Shown here: piece after piece, positions 41,247-50,667 of the stretch | Layout: the number at the start of each line of letters is the position of its first letter | How positions within the stretch are numbered: the first letter of the stretch is position 1 | NCBI GenBank assembly: GCA_964401295.1 | Contig: CAYNXX010000001.1 | Coordinates: 35,671 to 99,670, forward strand | Reading direction: 5' to 3' | DNA from: an uncultured Candidatus Saccharibacteria bacterium | Lineage (GTDB): Bacteria > Patescibacteriota > Minisyncoccia > Minisyncoccales > CAYJUL01 | DNA: 64,000 nucleotides | Notes under the pieces: generated by a model | The model's database searches: none | The model's input: only the letters and a program-made list of their open reading frames with translations | What the model was told of the DNA's origin: nothing | Position numbers and translations under genes: made by a program

Positions 41247-42178
41247 TTGATGTTTCCTTTTTGAATTTCTTTTTTTATGTAATCTATCATCTGTCTTAAG
41301 CCAGCATCAATATCGGTCTTCGGACGCCAACCGAGTTTTTTTGCCCTGCTTATGTCGGCAATGCTATCCATAACTTCGTCGCCCTCAAGCGCAGGCTTGA
41401 AAATAGGCTTAATATTTGTTTTTAGAATTTTTTGTATCTTGTCGTATATCTCAAGCACCGAATAGCTTTTCCCGCTGCCGAGATTAAAAACTTGGCCAAT
41501 AACGCGATCGTCCTTTAGGCACTGAAGATGAAAGTCATTTATATCGTCCACATAGATAAAATCCCGCCGCTGCTTGCCGGAACCATAAATAAATGGTCGC
41601 TTGCCGCGCAAAAGCTTAATGATAAATGCCGACATCACCGGCGGAATGGTACGTCGGTAATCTTGACGCGGACCGTAAACATTAAAATAACGAAGGCCAA
41701 CTACCGGAAGGCCAGACCATCTATAATACGCATTTGCGAACATATTATCCGCTACCTTGCTTAAAGCATAAAATCCTTCAGGCGCTATGGTATCCTCGCT
41801 GACTGGCATTTTTTTGATGCCGTCGTAGAGCGCCGCAGTTTCTGCGTATACGATTCTTTTCGCCTTAGCCCTACGGCTGGCTTCATAAACATTAACTGTA
41901 CCAGTAATGTTTATATCCGCGGTTTCCACCGGATCTTTCTGGCAATCAACAATGGTATTTTTGGCCGCAAGATGAAAAACCACATCGGTTCCGCGCAGCA
42001 AAGGATAAATCGCCTGCGAGCGTATATCGACTTTGCGAAATTTTATCCCTTTGGGTATTTGAGACTTTACGCCGTAGGCAAGATTGTCTACACCTATCAC
42101 TTTGTGCTTGGCGGCTATAAGACGCTGGCCCAAGTTGCTGCCGATAAATCCAGCCACGCCAGTAATTATTATTCTCAT
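41243..42178 (-). CDS. SDR NDP-sugar epimerase (GalE-like)
   Basis: ITGVAGFIGSNL and YALSKVADN (YxxxK). Start set at MRIIITG (ATG 42176-42178). ATGA overlap with hddA at the 3' end. Confidence 0.75.
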   Translation of the reverse strand: MRIIITGVAGFIGSNLGQRLIAAKHKVIGVDNLAYGVKSQIPKGIKFRKVDIRSQAIYPLLRGTDVVFHLAAKNTIVDCQKDPVETADINITGTVNVYEASRRAKAKRIVYAETAALYDGIKKMPVSEDTIAPEGFYALSKVADNMFANAYYRWSGLPVVGLRYFNVYGPRQDYRRTIPPVMSAFIIKLLRGKRPFIYGSGKQRRDFIYVDDINDFHLQCLKDDRVIGQVFNLGSGKSYSVLEIYDKIQKILKTNIKPIFKPALEGDEVMDSIADISRAKKLGWRPKTDIDAGLRQMIDYIKKEIQKGNIK

Positions 42179-42265
42179 AAAATTATTTGTAGAAATTTCC
42201 AGCGTTGTTACAAGATAGATGGGCTGTTTCCCCCGAGCGGAAAGTATAAACAATGCTCCGATTTC

Positions 42266-43291
42266 TTACAGATTTTTATTTTTTTTTACGGCGCTCCAAT
42301 ACGTTCCCGACTTGGGCTTATAAGTCATTCTGTTTAAAAATCCGCTGGCCCAAGCAAAATGCATACAAGGAAATACTAACATAAGCGCGAAGAAAAGCAT
42401 AATGTTTTTTTGACGAAACGCAAGCGATAAACTTACAATAATATCGGTGGCAAGATATGCGCCAACCAGTAGAACAAGGACATATAGAAAGATGTAATTT
42501 ATAAAGCCCAATAGGATAAGAATTGGCAAGGACAGCAAGAGAGTCGGCGGAATTATCTGACGAAATTTAAGCGCCTTATGCTTCAAGAAAAATGCCGCCC
42601 TAGCGCTGCCATATCTTAAATACTGCTCCCACAAATTTGAAAAACTATCGCGCGGCAAATGGTAAGCAATTATATCTGGATTTAAATATACTTTTCCTCC
42701 GGCTTTTTTTATCCTCCAGTTAAAATCTGCGTCCTCGGCAATAACAAAAGCTTTTTCGTCAAACATTCCGACCTTATCAAAAATTTCCTTTCTGAAGCAT
42801 CCCAGATAAACGCTGTCGGCAGACCCCCTCTTTCTACTTACCCGGAACGGTGCATTGCCTGCGCCGAAAGGATGCGTCATCGCAAGGCCTACCGCTCTTT
42901 GGACAAGGCCGGCTTGCGCCGGAATAAATGGCGCTTCCATTCCGCCGACGTTATCAGCTCTGGTTAAAAGCAGCGTTTGGACGCACTTTTGAACGTAATC
43001 TTTCGGAACAAATGTCCTCGCATCCACACGCATTATGATTTCTCCTTGTGCGTTTTTTATTCCGATATTTAAACCTGGGTAAATATAGCGTTTCGGATTT
43101 TCAAGTATGCGCACCGGAAACTTCTGGGCTATTTCTCGCGTCCGATCGCTACTCATGCCATCAATCAAAATAACCTCAATTTTATCTTTTGGATATGTTT
43201 GCGCGAAGATATTTTCTAAAGATTGCTGTATATATTTTTCTTCATTGCGCGTCGGCAAGATAATGGAAACCGATGGAGATTCCTTCTTCAT
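42266..43291 (-). CDS. GT2 glycosyltransferase with a C-terminal multi-TM region
   Basis: VSIILPTRNEEKYI, LIDGMSSD and IAEDADF, plus three or four C-terminal helices. Confidence 0.8.
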   Translation of the reverse strand: MKKESPSVSIILPTRNEEKYIQQSLENIFAQTYPKDKIEVILIDGMSSDRTREIAQKFPVRILENPKRYIYPGLNIGIKNAQGEIIMRVDARTFVPKDYVQKCVQTLLLTRADNVGGMEAPFIPAQAGLVQRAVGLAMTHPFGAGNAPFRVSRKRGSADSVYLGCFRKEIFDKVGMFDEKAFVIAEDADFNWRIKKAGGKVYLNPDIIAYHLPRDSFSNLWEQYLRYGSARAAFFLKHKALKFRQIIPPTLLLSLPILILLGFINYIFLYVLVLLVGAYLATDIIVSLSLAFRQKNIMLFFALMLVFPCMHFAWASGFLNRMTYKPKSGTYWSAVKKNKNL

Positions 43292-44292
43292 GGATTTAAT
43301 TTAATGAAATTACGCCGCTGCCATTGCCGCCATAAACCGGTAAGTAATTTTTTGCGCGGCGCAGGCGGAATGGCGCCAGCCACGCCGCCGACAACCGCAA
43401 AAATAAAACGCATCCAAAAAGTCCTTATTGATTTTATGGCGCCGGAAAATCCGGCCATATTGTTGTTTAAAAGGTAAGCTAGCGCGGCTTTCATTTTTAA
43501 ATTATCGAGAATTTTTGAGGCGTCGCACTGATTTCTTTTTTCCTGCGGCATTTTGGAGAATAATTTTTCAAACATATCGAGCGTATATTTTTTTAATACC
43601 GCCTGAACTTCCATCGTGGTGTTGCTTTCTTCGCGAATTTCCACTTTCACTAAATCCTCATCTATATGTCCGAATTTATATCCGACCCCTGCTAACCGCA
43701 GCCACAAATCCCATTCTTCCGGCCAATATCTTGTTTCGTTGAATCCACCGATTTTTTCCAGAGCCTCACGATGGAACATCGCTGTGTTGAGATTAATCAG
43801 AGGCGAACGCAACAATTTATCAAAAATATCTCCAGAAAAATGACTGCATTTCTTTTTAAACAGAGCGCCGGGATTTGCCGCGTAAAAATGCAGGGTATGG
43901 CAATAAACTATTTTATAATCTGGATTTTTCTCTAAAAACTCTGTCTGCCTTTCAACTTTTTGCGGCAAATAAATGTCATCGGCGTCAAGAAAAGTGATAT
44001 ATTTGCCGCGGCTTTCCTTAATTCCACGATTCCTAGCCACTCCCTGACCTTTATTTTCCTGCCGAAAATAATACATTCGCTGATCGGCAAAACCGCGCGC
44101 GACGCCAACGGTTGAATCAAAGGACCCATCGTCGATAACAATAATTTCAATATTCTCATAAGTCTGTGTAATGGCGCTTTGGATCGCCCGGCCAAGGTAT
44201 TTTTCTGCATTGTATGCCGGAATAATTATAGAAATGAGGGGTTTGCTAGTCATAAAATATATTCTTTTAATTTTACTCCGGCCAGACCCCAA
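43288..44292 (-). CDS. GT2 glycosyltransferase
   Basis: ISIIIPAYNAEKYL, VIDDGSFD, FLDADD. Confidence 0.8.
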   Translation of the reverse strand: MGSGRSKIKRIYFMTSKPLISIIIPAYNAEKYLGRAIQSAITQTYENIEIIVIDDGSFDSTVGVARGFADQRMYYFRQENKGQGVARNRGIKESRGKYITFLDADDIYLPQKVERQTEFLEKNPDYKIVYCHTLHFYAANPGALFKKKCSHFSGDIFDKLLRSPLINLNTAMFHREALEKIGGFNETRYWPEEWDLWLRLAGVGYKFGHIDEDLVKVEIREESNTTMEVQAVLKKYTLDMFEKLFSKMPQEKRNQCDASKILDNLKMKAALAYLLNNNMAGFSGAIKSIRTFWMRFIFAVVGGVAGAIPPAPRKKLLTGLWRQWQRRNFIKLNP

Positions 44293-45203
44293 TTTTCATC
44301 ATTAAAAATAATTGGCTTTTTTTCTTTGAGCATTCTTTTTCGTGCAATGCGGTATTCATCTATTGCTGCGGTATCGGCCTCTCTTCTACCCCAATGCTTT
44401 TGATGATAAATTCTTTTGCCTCCGCCGGAAATTATTCTTTGTTTTATGCCTGCCGCAAGCGCCATATAACAAAGATAACCGTCAATAAAATAATTATTCT
44501 CTTTTTCGGGATAACCGCGTAGGCTATACCAATTATTTTTATGCATCAGGAAAAAGTCACCAGCAACCTTGGCAAATGGATAATCAAATGGGGAATGTGT
44601 AATTTTCAGCGCTATATATCGGAAAAAATCTTTTGCAAATTCTATGGGATTAAAATGCGCGCCGTGAGAATGCCAATAACCATGCGTAATAATGACATTC
44701 TTTTTGCATTGCTCCAAAATATTGCCTAAGTCATTGATAAGGCTGAGCGATTTTATATCCCATCTTGCAATACGATAAAAATGTTCGGAAGATAATTTAG
44801 CTCGGGCAAGCCATTTAATAAGCTCATCGCTGAATATTATATCGGGATTTGTAACCAGTATGTATTCTCCGCTTGCGCGGCGCAGGCCAACGTTTTTTCC
44901 CCTGTATTCAAAAAGGGGTAATTTACCAGCCCCGGGGAATTTATTGTGGGTTTCCGGCGGTACTTCTATAATTTTAACGCGGCAGTATTTTAATTTTTCC
45001 GGCCAGGCAAGGACATTTTTTAAGGCGGGCTTTTCCGACGGAGGATTCCATTCAACAAAAATAACCTCGGAATTAAGTCCATATTTCTCGCAGGAAATTA
45101 AGATGCTGTCTATAGACGCCTGCGCCCTGGAAATAAAATCGCCGCCGTAATTATCATTTCGGCCGACCATTACAAAAGTTATATATGGTTTTTCCGATAT
45201 CAT
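44250..45203 (-). CDS. putative GT-A-fold glycosyltransferase (family uncertain)
   Basis: ITFVMVGRNDNYGGDF and ILVTNPDIIF resemble a GT-A Rossmann strand plus an acidic motif. There is no clean DxD, so this is a weak call. Confidence 0.4.
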   Translation of the reverse strand: MISEKPYITFVMVGRNDNYGGDFISRAQASIDSILISCEKYGLNSEVIFVEWNPPSEKPALKNVLAWPEKLKYCRVKIIEVPPETHNKFPGAGKLPLFEYRGKNVGLRRASGEYILVTNPDIIFSDELIKWLARAKLSSEHFYRIARWDIKSLSLINDLGNILEQCKKNVIITHGYWHSHGAHFNPIEFAKDFFRYIALKITHSPFDYPFAKVAGDFFLMHKNNWYSLRGYPEKENNYFIDGYLCYMALAAGIKQRIISGGGKRIYHQKHWGRREADTAAIDEYRIARKRMLKEKKPIIFNDENWGLAGVKLKEYIL

Positions 45204-46330
45204 TTCCCTTCTATTATTTTAACGGAGTCTATCCATATTTTCATATTGCCTGCCATAAGTTTAAAATAATTTTTTGCTTCATTGGTCCAAAGGTGACCAG
45301 AAAATTTATCTATATCTTTTTCCATAAAATCTGCTAGCGCTAAATAAGTTTCTGTATAACTTCCTCCTTCAAGTTTCAATTCTTTAAGCCATGGCAAGAT
45401 ATCTTCCAATAACCACACGCAGGCTAATTCCTTTGTTACGTCTTTAAATGGGTCGTGGGCGTTTCTTTCGTGCCTGACAATCGGCGAACCAAACCTTATT
45501 GCGTGGCCCAAGTGTTTGGCGCATTTTTCAACAAAATAACCGCTGAAAATATCGCCGTATCTGTCAATTTCAAAACCGCCGATTGGATAACCCATGCGGA
45601 AAAAGTAGTAAGCTGCAAGCGCATCTTTGTAGATGGCGGTATTTTGCGTGTTAATCGGCGCCCAGGTATTTTCATGCAAAAAAATAGATTCGCCCTTAAA
45701 AGAAAGAGACTTTGGATTTTGAACCAAAATAGTCAAGGCGTCAACGTCCGGATGCCCCACCCACAAACCCTGATTTATATGCACTGCGCCGTCGCCTGAC
45801 GCTTCGGAAGATTTCCATTCTTTTCGTCTGGCAAGATAAGGAAAACCCCTCGGATATATAACATCCGGTTCCGTATCCAACAGATCGCATACGTTCAACC
45901 ATCCACTTTCACAGCTGATTGATTGCGCTTCGGCTGTTTTCCCAACAATCATATGCTCCTTGAAAAAAGAATCCGATCCGATCGGATAATTATCATCGTC
46001 TATTGAAACGATAATATCGCAGCCTTTTTCCAGCGCCATAAGATAGCCGATATTTCTCCTGTTGTCTGAATTATATGGGATTATATCTTTTATTTTACCT
46101 AGCTTTGACAAAAAAATTTCCTGATCTTCCAAAGACGGACAAAATATATTTATGCCATTGCTTTTGATATCATCGCATTTTTTATAAAGAGCCTTCGGCG
46201 TTTTTTTATCTGGAATAACAATAAAAATCGTTCCTTCCCTGATCCTCTCTTCCATAAGCTTTCCGGCGTAATCATCTAGAAAATTGCCCTCGTTGATGGT
46301 AGTGCAGACTAAAGCAATTTTATGATTCAT
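45200..46330 (-). CDS. reversibly-glycosylated-polypeptide (RGP/GT75, UDP-arabinopyranose mutase)-like protein
   Basis: IALVCTTINEGNFL, NIGYLMALEKGCDIIVSIDDDNYP, YPRGFPYLARR and NQGLWVGHPDVDALT run parallel to the plant RGP strings IVIPTIRNLDFL, CFGYMVSKKKYIFTIDDDC, VRGYPFSLR and SHGLWLNIPDYDAPT as I remember them. Confidence 0.55.
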   Translation of the reverse strand: MNHKIALVCTTINEGNFLDDYAGKLMEERIREGTIFIVIPDKKTPKALYKKCDDIKSNGINIFCPSLEDQEIFLSKLGKIKDIIPYNSDNRRNIGYLMALEKGCDIIVSIDDDNYPIGSDSFFKEHMIVGKTAEAQSISCESGWLNVCDLLDTEPDVIYPRGFPYLARRKEWKSSEASGDGAVHINQGLWVGHPDVDALTILVQNPKSLSFKGESIFLHENTWAPINTQNTAIYKDALAAYYFFRMGYPIGGFEIDRYGDIFSGYFVEKCAKHLGHAIRFGSPIVRHERNAHDPFKDVTKELACVWLLEDILPWLKELKLEGGSYTETYLALADFMEKDIDKFSGHLWTNEAKNYFKLMAGNMKIWIDSVKIIEGK

Positions 46331-47813
46331 ATTCTTCTGTTTCTTTTTTATTTTTGTCTATTTTGGTGAGGGCCATTGCCAGCAAAATCCAGAACGGAAA
46401 ACCGAAAAGGCGATTTGCAATGCCAGGAAATGTGCCGGCGGCTATAAAACCAATCCAAACCACCATTGCGCCGAAATAGTATGCAGTATGCTCTCCGGCC
46501 GAACTTCTAATGTGATTACGCATATTTTTTAAAACAAGCGCGATCATCCATAAGATTCCGATTAGCAATAAAATTCCGCCAAATAGAAATACATCAAGGG
46601 AACTTTCTACTGATTCGGCGCCAATAGTTTTTATTGAATCGCCGATACTAATAAAGAAATTAAACCGTTGTTCAAAATTAAATCCGAGGCCAAAAATAAA
46701 AGAATAAATGTCTTTTTGAAATAAGAATATATAATAAGCGGTGGAAAATAATCTACTTTCTACTGACGATGACGCCACGATTTCTGAAGGCTGAATAATT
46801 GGCAAGGCACGACCTCCGATCGTGTCTTTATATTGCCCGACATCCGTATACATTTTAATATTGGGCATTTCAGTTTTTTGGTTCAAGGTTATGTCAACCA
46901 TCTTCTGCGATATATCCTTGGCCAATGGGGCATAAGTTATGTAACCTTTTAGCTGCGAATAACCACGCATCAAAGTTTCACGGTGCAGCCACGGCGGAGA
47001 AGAAAAAAACACGAACAGTCCAATCGCAAAGGCAGCCAAAAGATATAAGGCTATGGTTGCGGCTTTTTTCTTATAAATTATTCCCATTCCGACGATAGAA
47101 AGAGTTATGGAAAACCACATCGCCCCAAAATAAGATCTGGACCACGTCCAAATAAGCAAAGATTCAAGCCCTGCGCCCGAAAATAAATATAGCAATATAT
47201 TTTTTATTTTATCTTTTTGGCCGGGCGCCATTGTATAACGCAAAAGAAAAATAAGGCTGAAGGTTAGGGCAATGAATAGATATAAGCCAACCGTGTTTGG
47301 CGTATCGCTAATGCCCAAAAACCGCACCTGATCCAAAAGACGTAACCTTTGAGCCGCATTCGGAAAAAATAAAAATGGAATAAAAAGCAGCGGCGGGAAA
47401 AAGAAAGCATAACATAGTCTTTTATAAAAAACTTCATCTTTCTCGAGAAATATAAAAAATAAAATAAAAAGCGCGATACCGATCAAAAGATGTAATGCGT
47501 AAAAAATACCCTTAAGCGTCCAGCCAAGATCGTATTTAAAGTATCCGTACAGCGTGGCGATTGTCATTGATAAAACTATAATCGCAATGCCAACCCAAAC
47601 CAATAAAGGAATATTTTTTAGGCTTTTGAACCGGTCAAAGAAAATAAAATAGACTATGCCCAAAAGCAAGGCAAGCCCAAAGAAAAATTGCGAAGGCTTA
47701 GGAATCAAAGTTTCCCTTAAGGACCACTTCCATATAAAAAGCGTGGCAACGCCCGCCAAGAGCACAAATTTAATTATTTCTTCCAGTTTTGATTTTGATA
47801 TCATTTTGTTCAA
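46320..47813 (-). CDS. O-antigen polymerase/ligase-like (Wzy-type) polytopic membrane protein
   Basis: 497 aa with at least 10 hydrophobic helices and one large loop. Context is a glycan cluster containing a Wzx flippase. Confidence 0.55.
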   Translation of the reverse strand: MNKMISKSKLEEIIKFVLLAGVATLFIWKWSLRETLIPKPSQFFFGLALLLGIVYFIFFDRFKSLKNIPLLVWVGIAIIVLSMTIATLYGYFKYDLGWTLKGIFYALHLLIGIALFILFFIFLEKDEVFYKRLCYAFFFPPLLFIPFLFFPNAAQRLRLLDQVRFLGISDTPNTVGLYLFIALTFSLIFLLRYTMAPGQKDKIKNILLYLFSGAGLESLLIWTWSRSYFGAMWFSITLSIVGMGIIYKKKAATIALYLLAAFAIGLFVFFSSPPWLHRETLMRGYSQLKGYITYAPLAKDISQKMVDITLNQKTEMPNIKMYTDVGQYKDTIGGRALPIIQPSEIVASSSVESRLFSTAYYIFLFQKDIYSFIFGLGFNFEQRFNFFISIGDSIKTIGAESVESSLDVFLFGGILLLIGILWMIALVLKNMRNHIRSSAGEHTAYYFGAMVVWIGFIAAGTFPGIANRLFGFPFWILLAMALTKIDKNKKETEEYES

Positions 47814-48678
47814 TCCGCCAAATTACGTTTTCGCCTTCTTCTAATTTTGTGATGTCCACCCTGCGGCTTGGAGTATAAATACCATAAGCGTGGTATCTGT
47901 ATTGGCGCATATAATCTATCAACTGCTCTCGTGTTAGCCCTAAAAATTTGTAAGCTGATGGCGTTATCTCGCAAATGATCGGCGGTCTGCAACCGGTATC
48001 TTTAAAATAATTCTCAAGGCCCTTTAGAACCAGAAACTCGTAGCCTTCTACGTCTATTTTAATTAAACCTATTTTTTTAATATTATTTTTCAAAATATAA
48101 TCGTCCAAACGGATAATTCTGGCTTTAAAAATTTCTTCCGCCCGAAGGCCGTGCGACGCCGAAAAGCCAGAAATGGCGCTGCTTCCGCCACTATGCTTAG
48201 GTCCTTGATATTCTATTTCCACCGTGTCATCACGATCGCCCACAGCGCAATTATTCAGAAAAAACTTGTATTTGGGGTTATTTTGAGCCAGCAGTTTAAG
48301 ATATTGAAATGTCGGCGGAACAGGTTCAAAACTATGCACCTGACCATTTTTACCGACCAATGACGCGCCAACCGCAGAAAGATAGCCGATATGCGCTCCA
48401 ATATCTATAAAAACGTCGCCGGGTTTCAATGCACTTTTCATATACTTGACAGTAGCGATCTCATAATTATTAAAAAAGATTTGGCTGCCAAAAAGCGGCT
48501 CGCCAACTGAAAAAAATTCAAAAATAACGCCATTGATATTTTTTTGATAAATTTTGGGTTTAAAAATAAGCGGCGGATAAAACCTGTCAACAAAAAACTT
48601 CTTAAGATATAGGAAAAACAAAATCGGATTGAAAATGATTAATCTTAAAGATGTCTCTATTTTTTTGCGAAATGTCAT
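47770..48678 (-). CDS. FkbM-family methyltransferase
   Basis: FIDIGAHIGYLS, VHSFEPVPPTFQYL, IKIDVEGYEFLVLKG. Confidence 0.8.
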   Translation of the reverse strand: MTFRKKIETSLRLIIFNPILFFLYLKKFFVDRFYPPLIFKPKIYQKNINGVIFEFFSVGEPLFGSQIFFNNYEIATVKYMKSALKPGDVFIDIGAHIGYLSAVGASLVGKNGQVHSFEPVPPTFQYLKLLAQNNPKYKFFLNNCAVGDRDDTVEIEYQGPKHSGGSSAISGFSASHGLRAEEIFKARIIRLDDYILKNNIKKIGLIKIDVEGYEFLVLKGLENYFKDTGCRPPIICEITPSAYKFLGLTREQLIDYMRQYRYHAYGIYTPSRRVDITKLEEGENVIWRIEQNDIKIKTGRNN

Positions 48679-49730
48679 TTTATTGAATTATATAAATTGA
48701 TTAATTGCCTGACCCGATGCCTATAAGTATGCTTGCCAAGAACCAATGCTGTTCCTGCGGTCTGAATCTTTCTGCGTTCTTTATCGTGCCGCAGATAATA
48801 ATCAATCGCCGAAAACCATTCTTCTGGCGTTCTGATAACCATGATTTCTTTGCCGAAATTAAAATAGCGCTCCATACCCGGGCAATAATCCGAAAGTTCA
48901 AAACCGCCGGAGGCGAGTATTTTAAACTCCCGTTCGTTGGATAAACCCTTACTAGCGCCATCGTTATAATACTCATGTATATTTACGCAGATTTTTGCTG
49001 AGGCATATAACCTGCGCTCGTCATCCGACAAGATAGTTATTCGCTGGTCATTGATCAAACGAGCTAGAACTTCAAAACGCAAGCATCTCGCAACTCCGCT
49101 TCCTAAGCGCAAAATTTTATCCCCCATGGTCCAACCAGTGCCATAAATCCGCACTTTATATTTTTTTTTTAATGGAAGGAGCAATTTGTCAAATACCTGT
49201 TTTTTTTGCGCATAGTAACTTCCGACAAAAGCGATATCGCAGGCAAACTTCTGATCTGGATTTTCGGGAAAATAATATTTGGTGTTGGCGGCGTGTGCAA
49301 TGAAATAAAGTTTTTTTCCGAATTTTTTCTCAAAAATATTTGTTTGCTGCGGCGAATGGGTATTGGTAAAGCAAACGTCCATATACAACATGTAACGCCT
49401 CCAGAGGTCTGCCGCGAATTGATTGTGTTCGTCTTTATCCAACCCGGCACCAACCCCCGCCAAACACATAATTTTAACTCCATTATTTTTTATCTCTCTG
49501 AAAAAATCTTCTTTTACTTCGCCGGCGCGCTTAACATAAGTTATAAAAAAAGCGAAGTCAAGAAAGAAAAAATCGGGCATTAAATCGCGAACCGATTTTT
49601 CAAAATCGTCAAACTCGCTCAAGGTAAAAAACTCATGTCCTTCATCTCTAAAGGCATCGCGGTAACCTTCCCATATCCAACGATCGGCCCCAAGCCCATA
49701 TGGATTTGGGATGGTATATAAAATTTTCAT
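48675..49730 (-). CDS. CgeB-like / GT1-related glycosyltransferase (DUF3880-type)
   Basis: 351 aa. IAFVGSYYAQKKQVF and a C-terminal GT-B-like half (NEREFKILASGGF). Confidence 0.4.
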   Translation of the reverse strand: MKILYTIPNPYGLGADRWIWEGYRDAFRDEGHEFFTLSEFDDFEKSVRDLMPDFFFLDFAFFITYVKRAGEVKEDFFREIKNNGVKIMCLAGVGAGLDKDEHNQFAADLWRRYMLYMDVCFTNTHSPQQTNIFEKKFGKKLYFIAHAANTKYYFPENPDQKFACDIAFVGSYYAQKKQVFDKLLLPLKKKYKVRIYGTGWTMGDKILRLGSGVARCLRFEVLARLINDQRITILSDDERRLYASAKICVNIHEYYNDGASKGLSNEREFKILASGGFELSDYCPGMERYFNFGKEIMVIRTPEEWFSAIDYYLRHDKERRKIQTAGTALVLGKHTYRHRVRQLINLYNSIK

Positions 49731-49880
49731 AAAATTGATTTGATTCTTGTATTCTCGGCTTTCTTATTTTCCATCAAAATCGAACAAGAAAAATTCATAC
49801 AAAAATATCGCCTCGATTTTCTTTGCAAATTTTTACGCGATGTAGACATTGGCACAACCATAGAAACTAGCTCAAGTCTA

Positions 49881-50636
49881 TTAAGACGGTGGTCTGTCAA
49901 AATAATTTTTTAAAATATTTTCATCTTTGGAAAAAAAATAATCACCATACGCCCCAAGAAAAGTAAAACCGGCTTCGTGCATGAATTTAAAAATCTCAAT
50001 AAAATGCTCTGAATGAATAGGATGCCTCCATGCATCAATTTCTATAAAAACATTGTCTATTTTGTTTTTAAATGTTTCCATTCCGCCCCTTAAAACTTCC
50101 AGCTCTGCACCCTCAACGTCTATTTTTATAAAATCTATGCGATTTATGCCAATTTTTTTTATAACTGCATCCAGGGGTTTAACTTTGATAGTTTCCATCC
50201 CAACTTCTTCTTGACTCTGCATTTTAAGATACTTTGGCATTGGCAAAAGAGAACTGGCATCCCTATGAGAAATTATATGAAATTCTAGATTATCTTCTTT
50301 ATTCCATAATCCAAAATTTAATAATTTAACTTTTTGATTTTTTTTAAGCCGACTTTTTAACTGATTTAACCTATCTTGTTGCGGCTCAAAACAATAAATT
50401 GTGGCTCCTGGAAACTCTTTCAGAAAAGCAAAGGTTTTCTCGCCAATTGCAGCGCCTACGTCAAAAATCACCTCGATCGGCCTTTGTCCCCTACGGCCTT
50501 TTTTGATCTCATCCATAACAAGGTATATATTATCTTTCCCGAAAACAAAGTGCTTGATCGGCCTTAGGCAGCAATCTTTTATATTTTTTACCCAATTATA
50601 TTTATAAAATTTTCCCAAGATTTCAACTAAAACCAT
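49881..50636 (-). CDS. FkbM-family methyltransferase
   Basis: IFDVGAAIGEKT, IYCFEPQQDRLNQL, IKIDVEGAELEVLRG. Confidence 0.8.
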   Translation of the reverse strand: MVLVEILGKFYKYNWVKNIKDCCLRPIKHFVFGKDNIYLVMDEIKKGRRGQRPIEVIFDVGAAIGEKTFAFLKEFPGATIYCFEPQQDRLNQLKSRLKKNQKVKLLNFGLWNKEDNLEFHIISHRDASSLLPMPKYLKMQSQEEVGMETIKVKPLDAVIKKIGINRIDFIKIDVEGAELEVLRGGMETFKNKIDNVFIEIDAWRHPIHSEHFIEIFKFMHEAGFTFLGAYGDYFFSKDENILKNYFDRPPS

Positions 50637-50667
50637 TTAATAAGTTTATTAAATAAACTGTAAAAAT

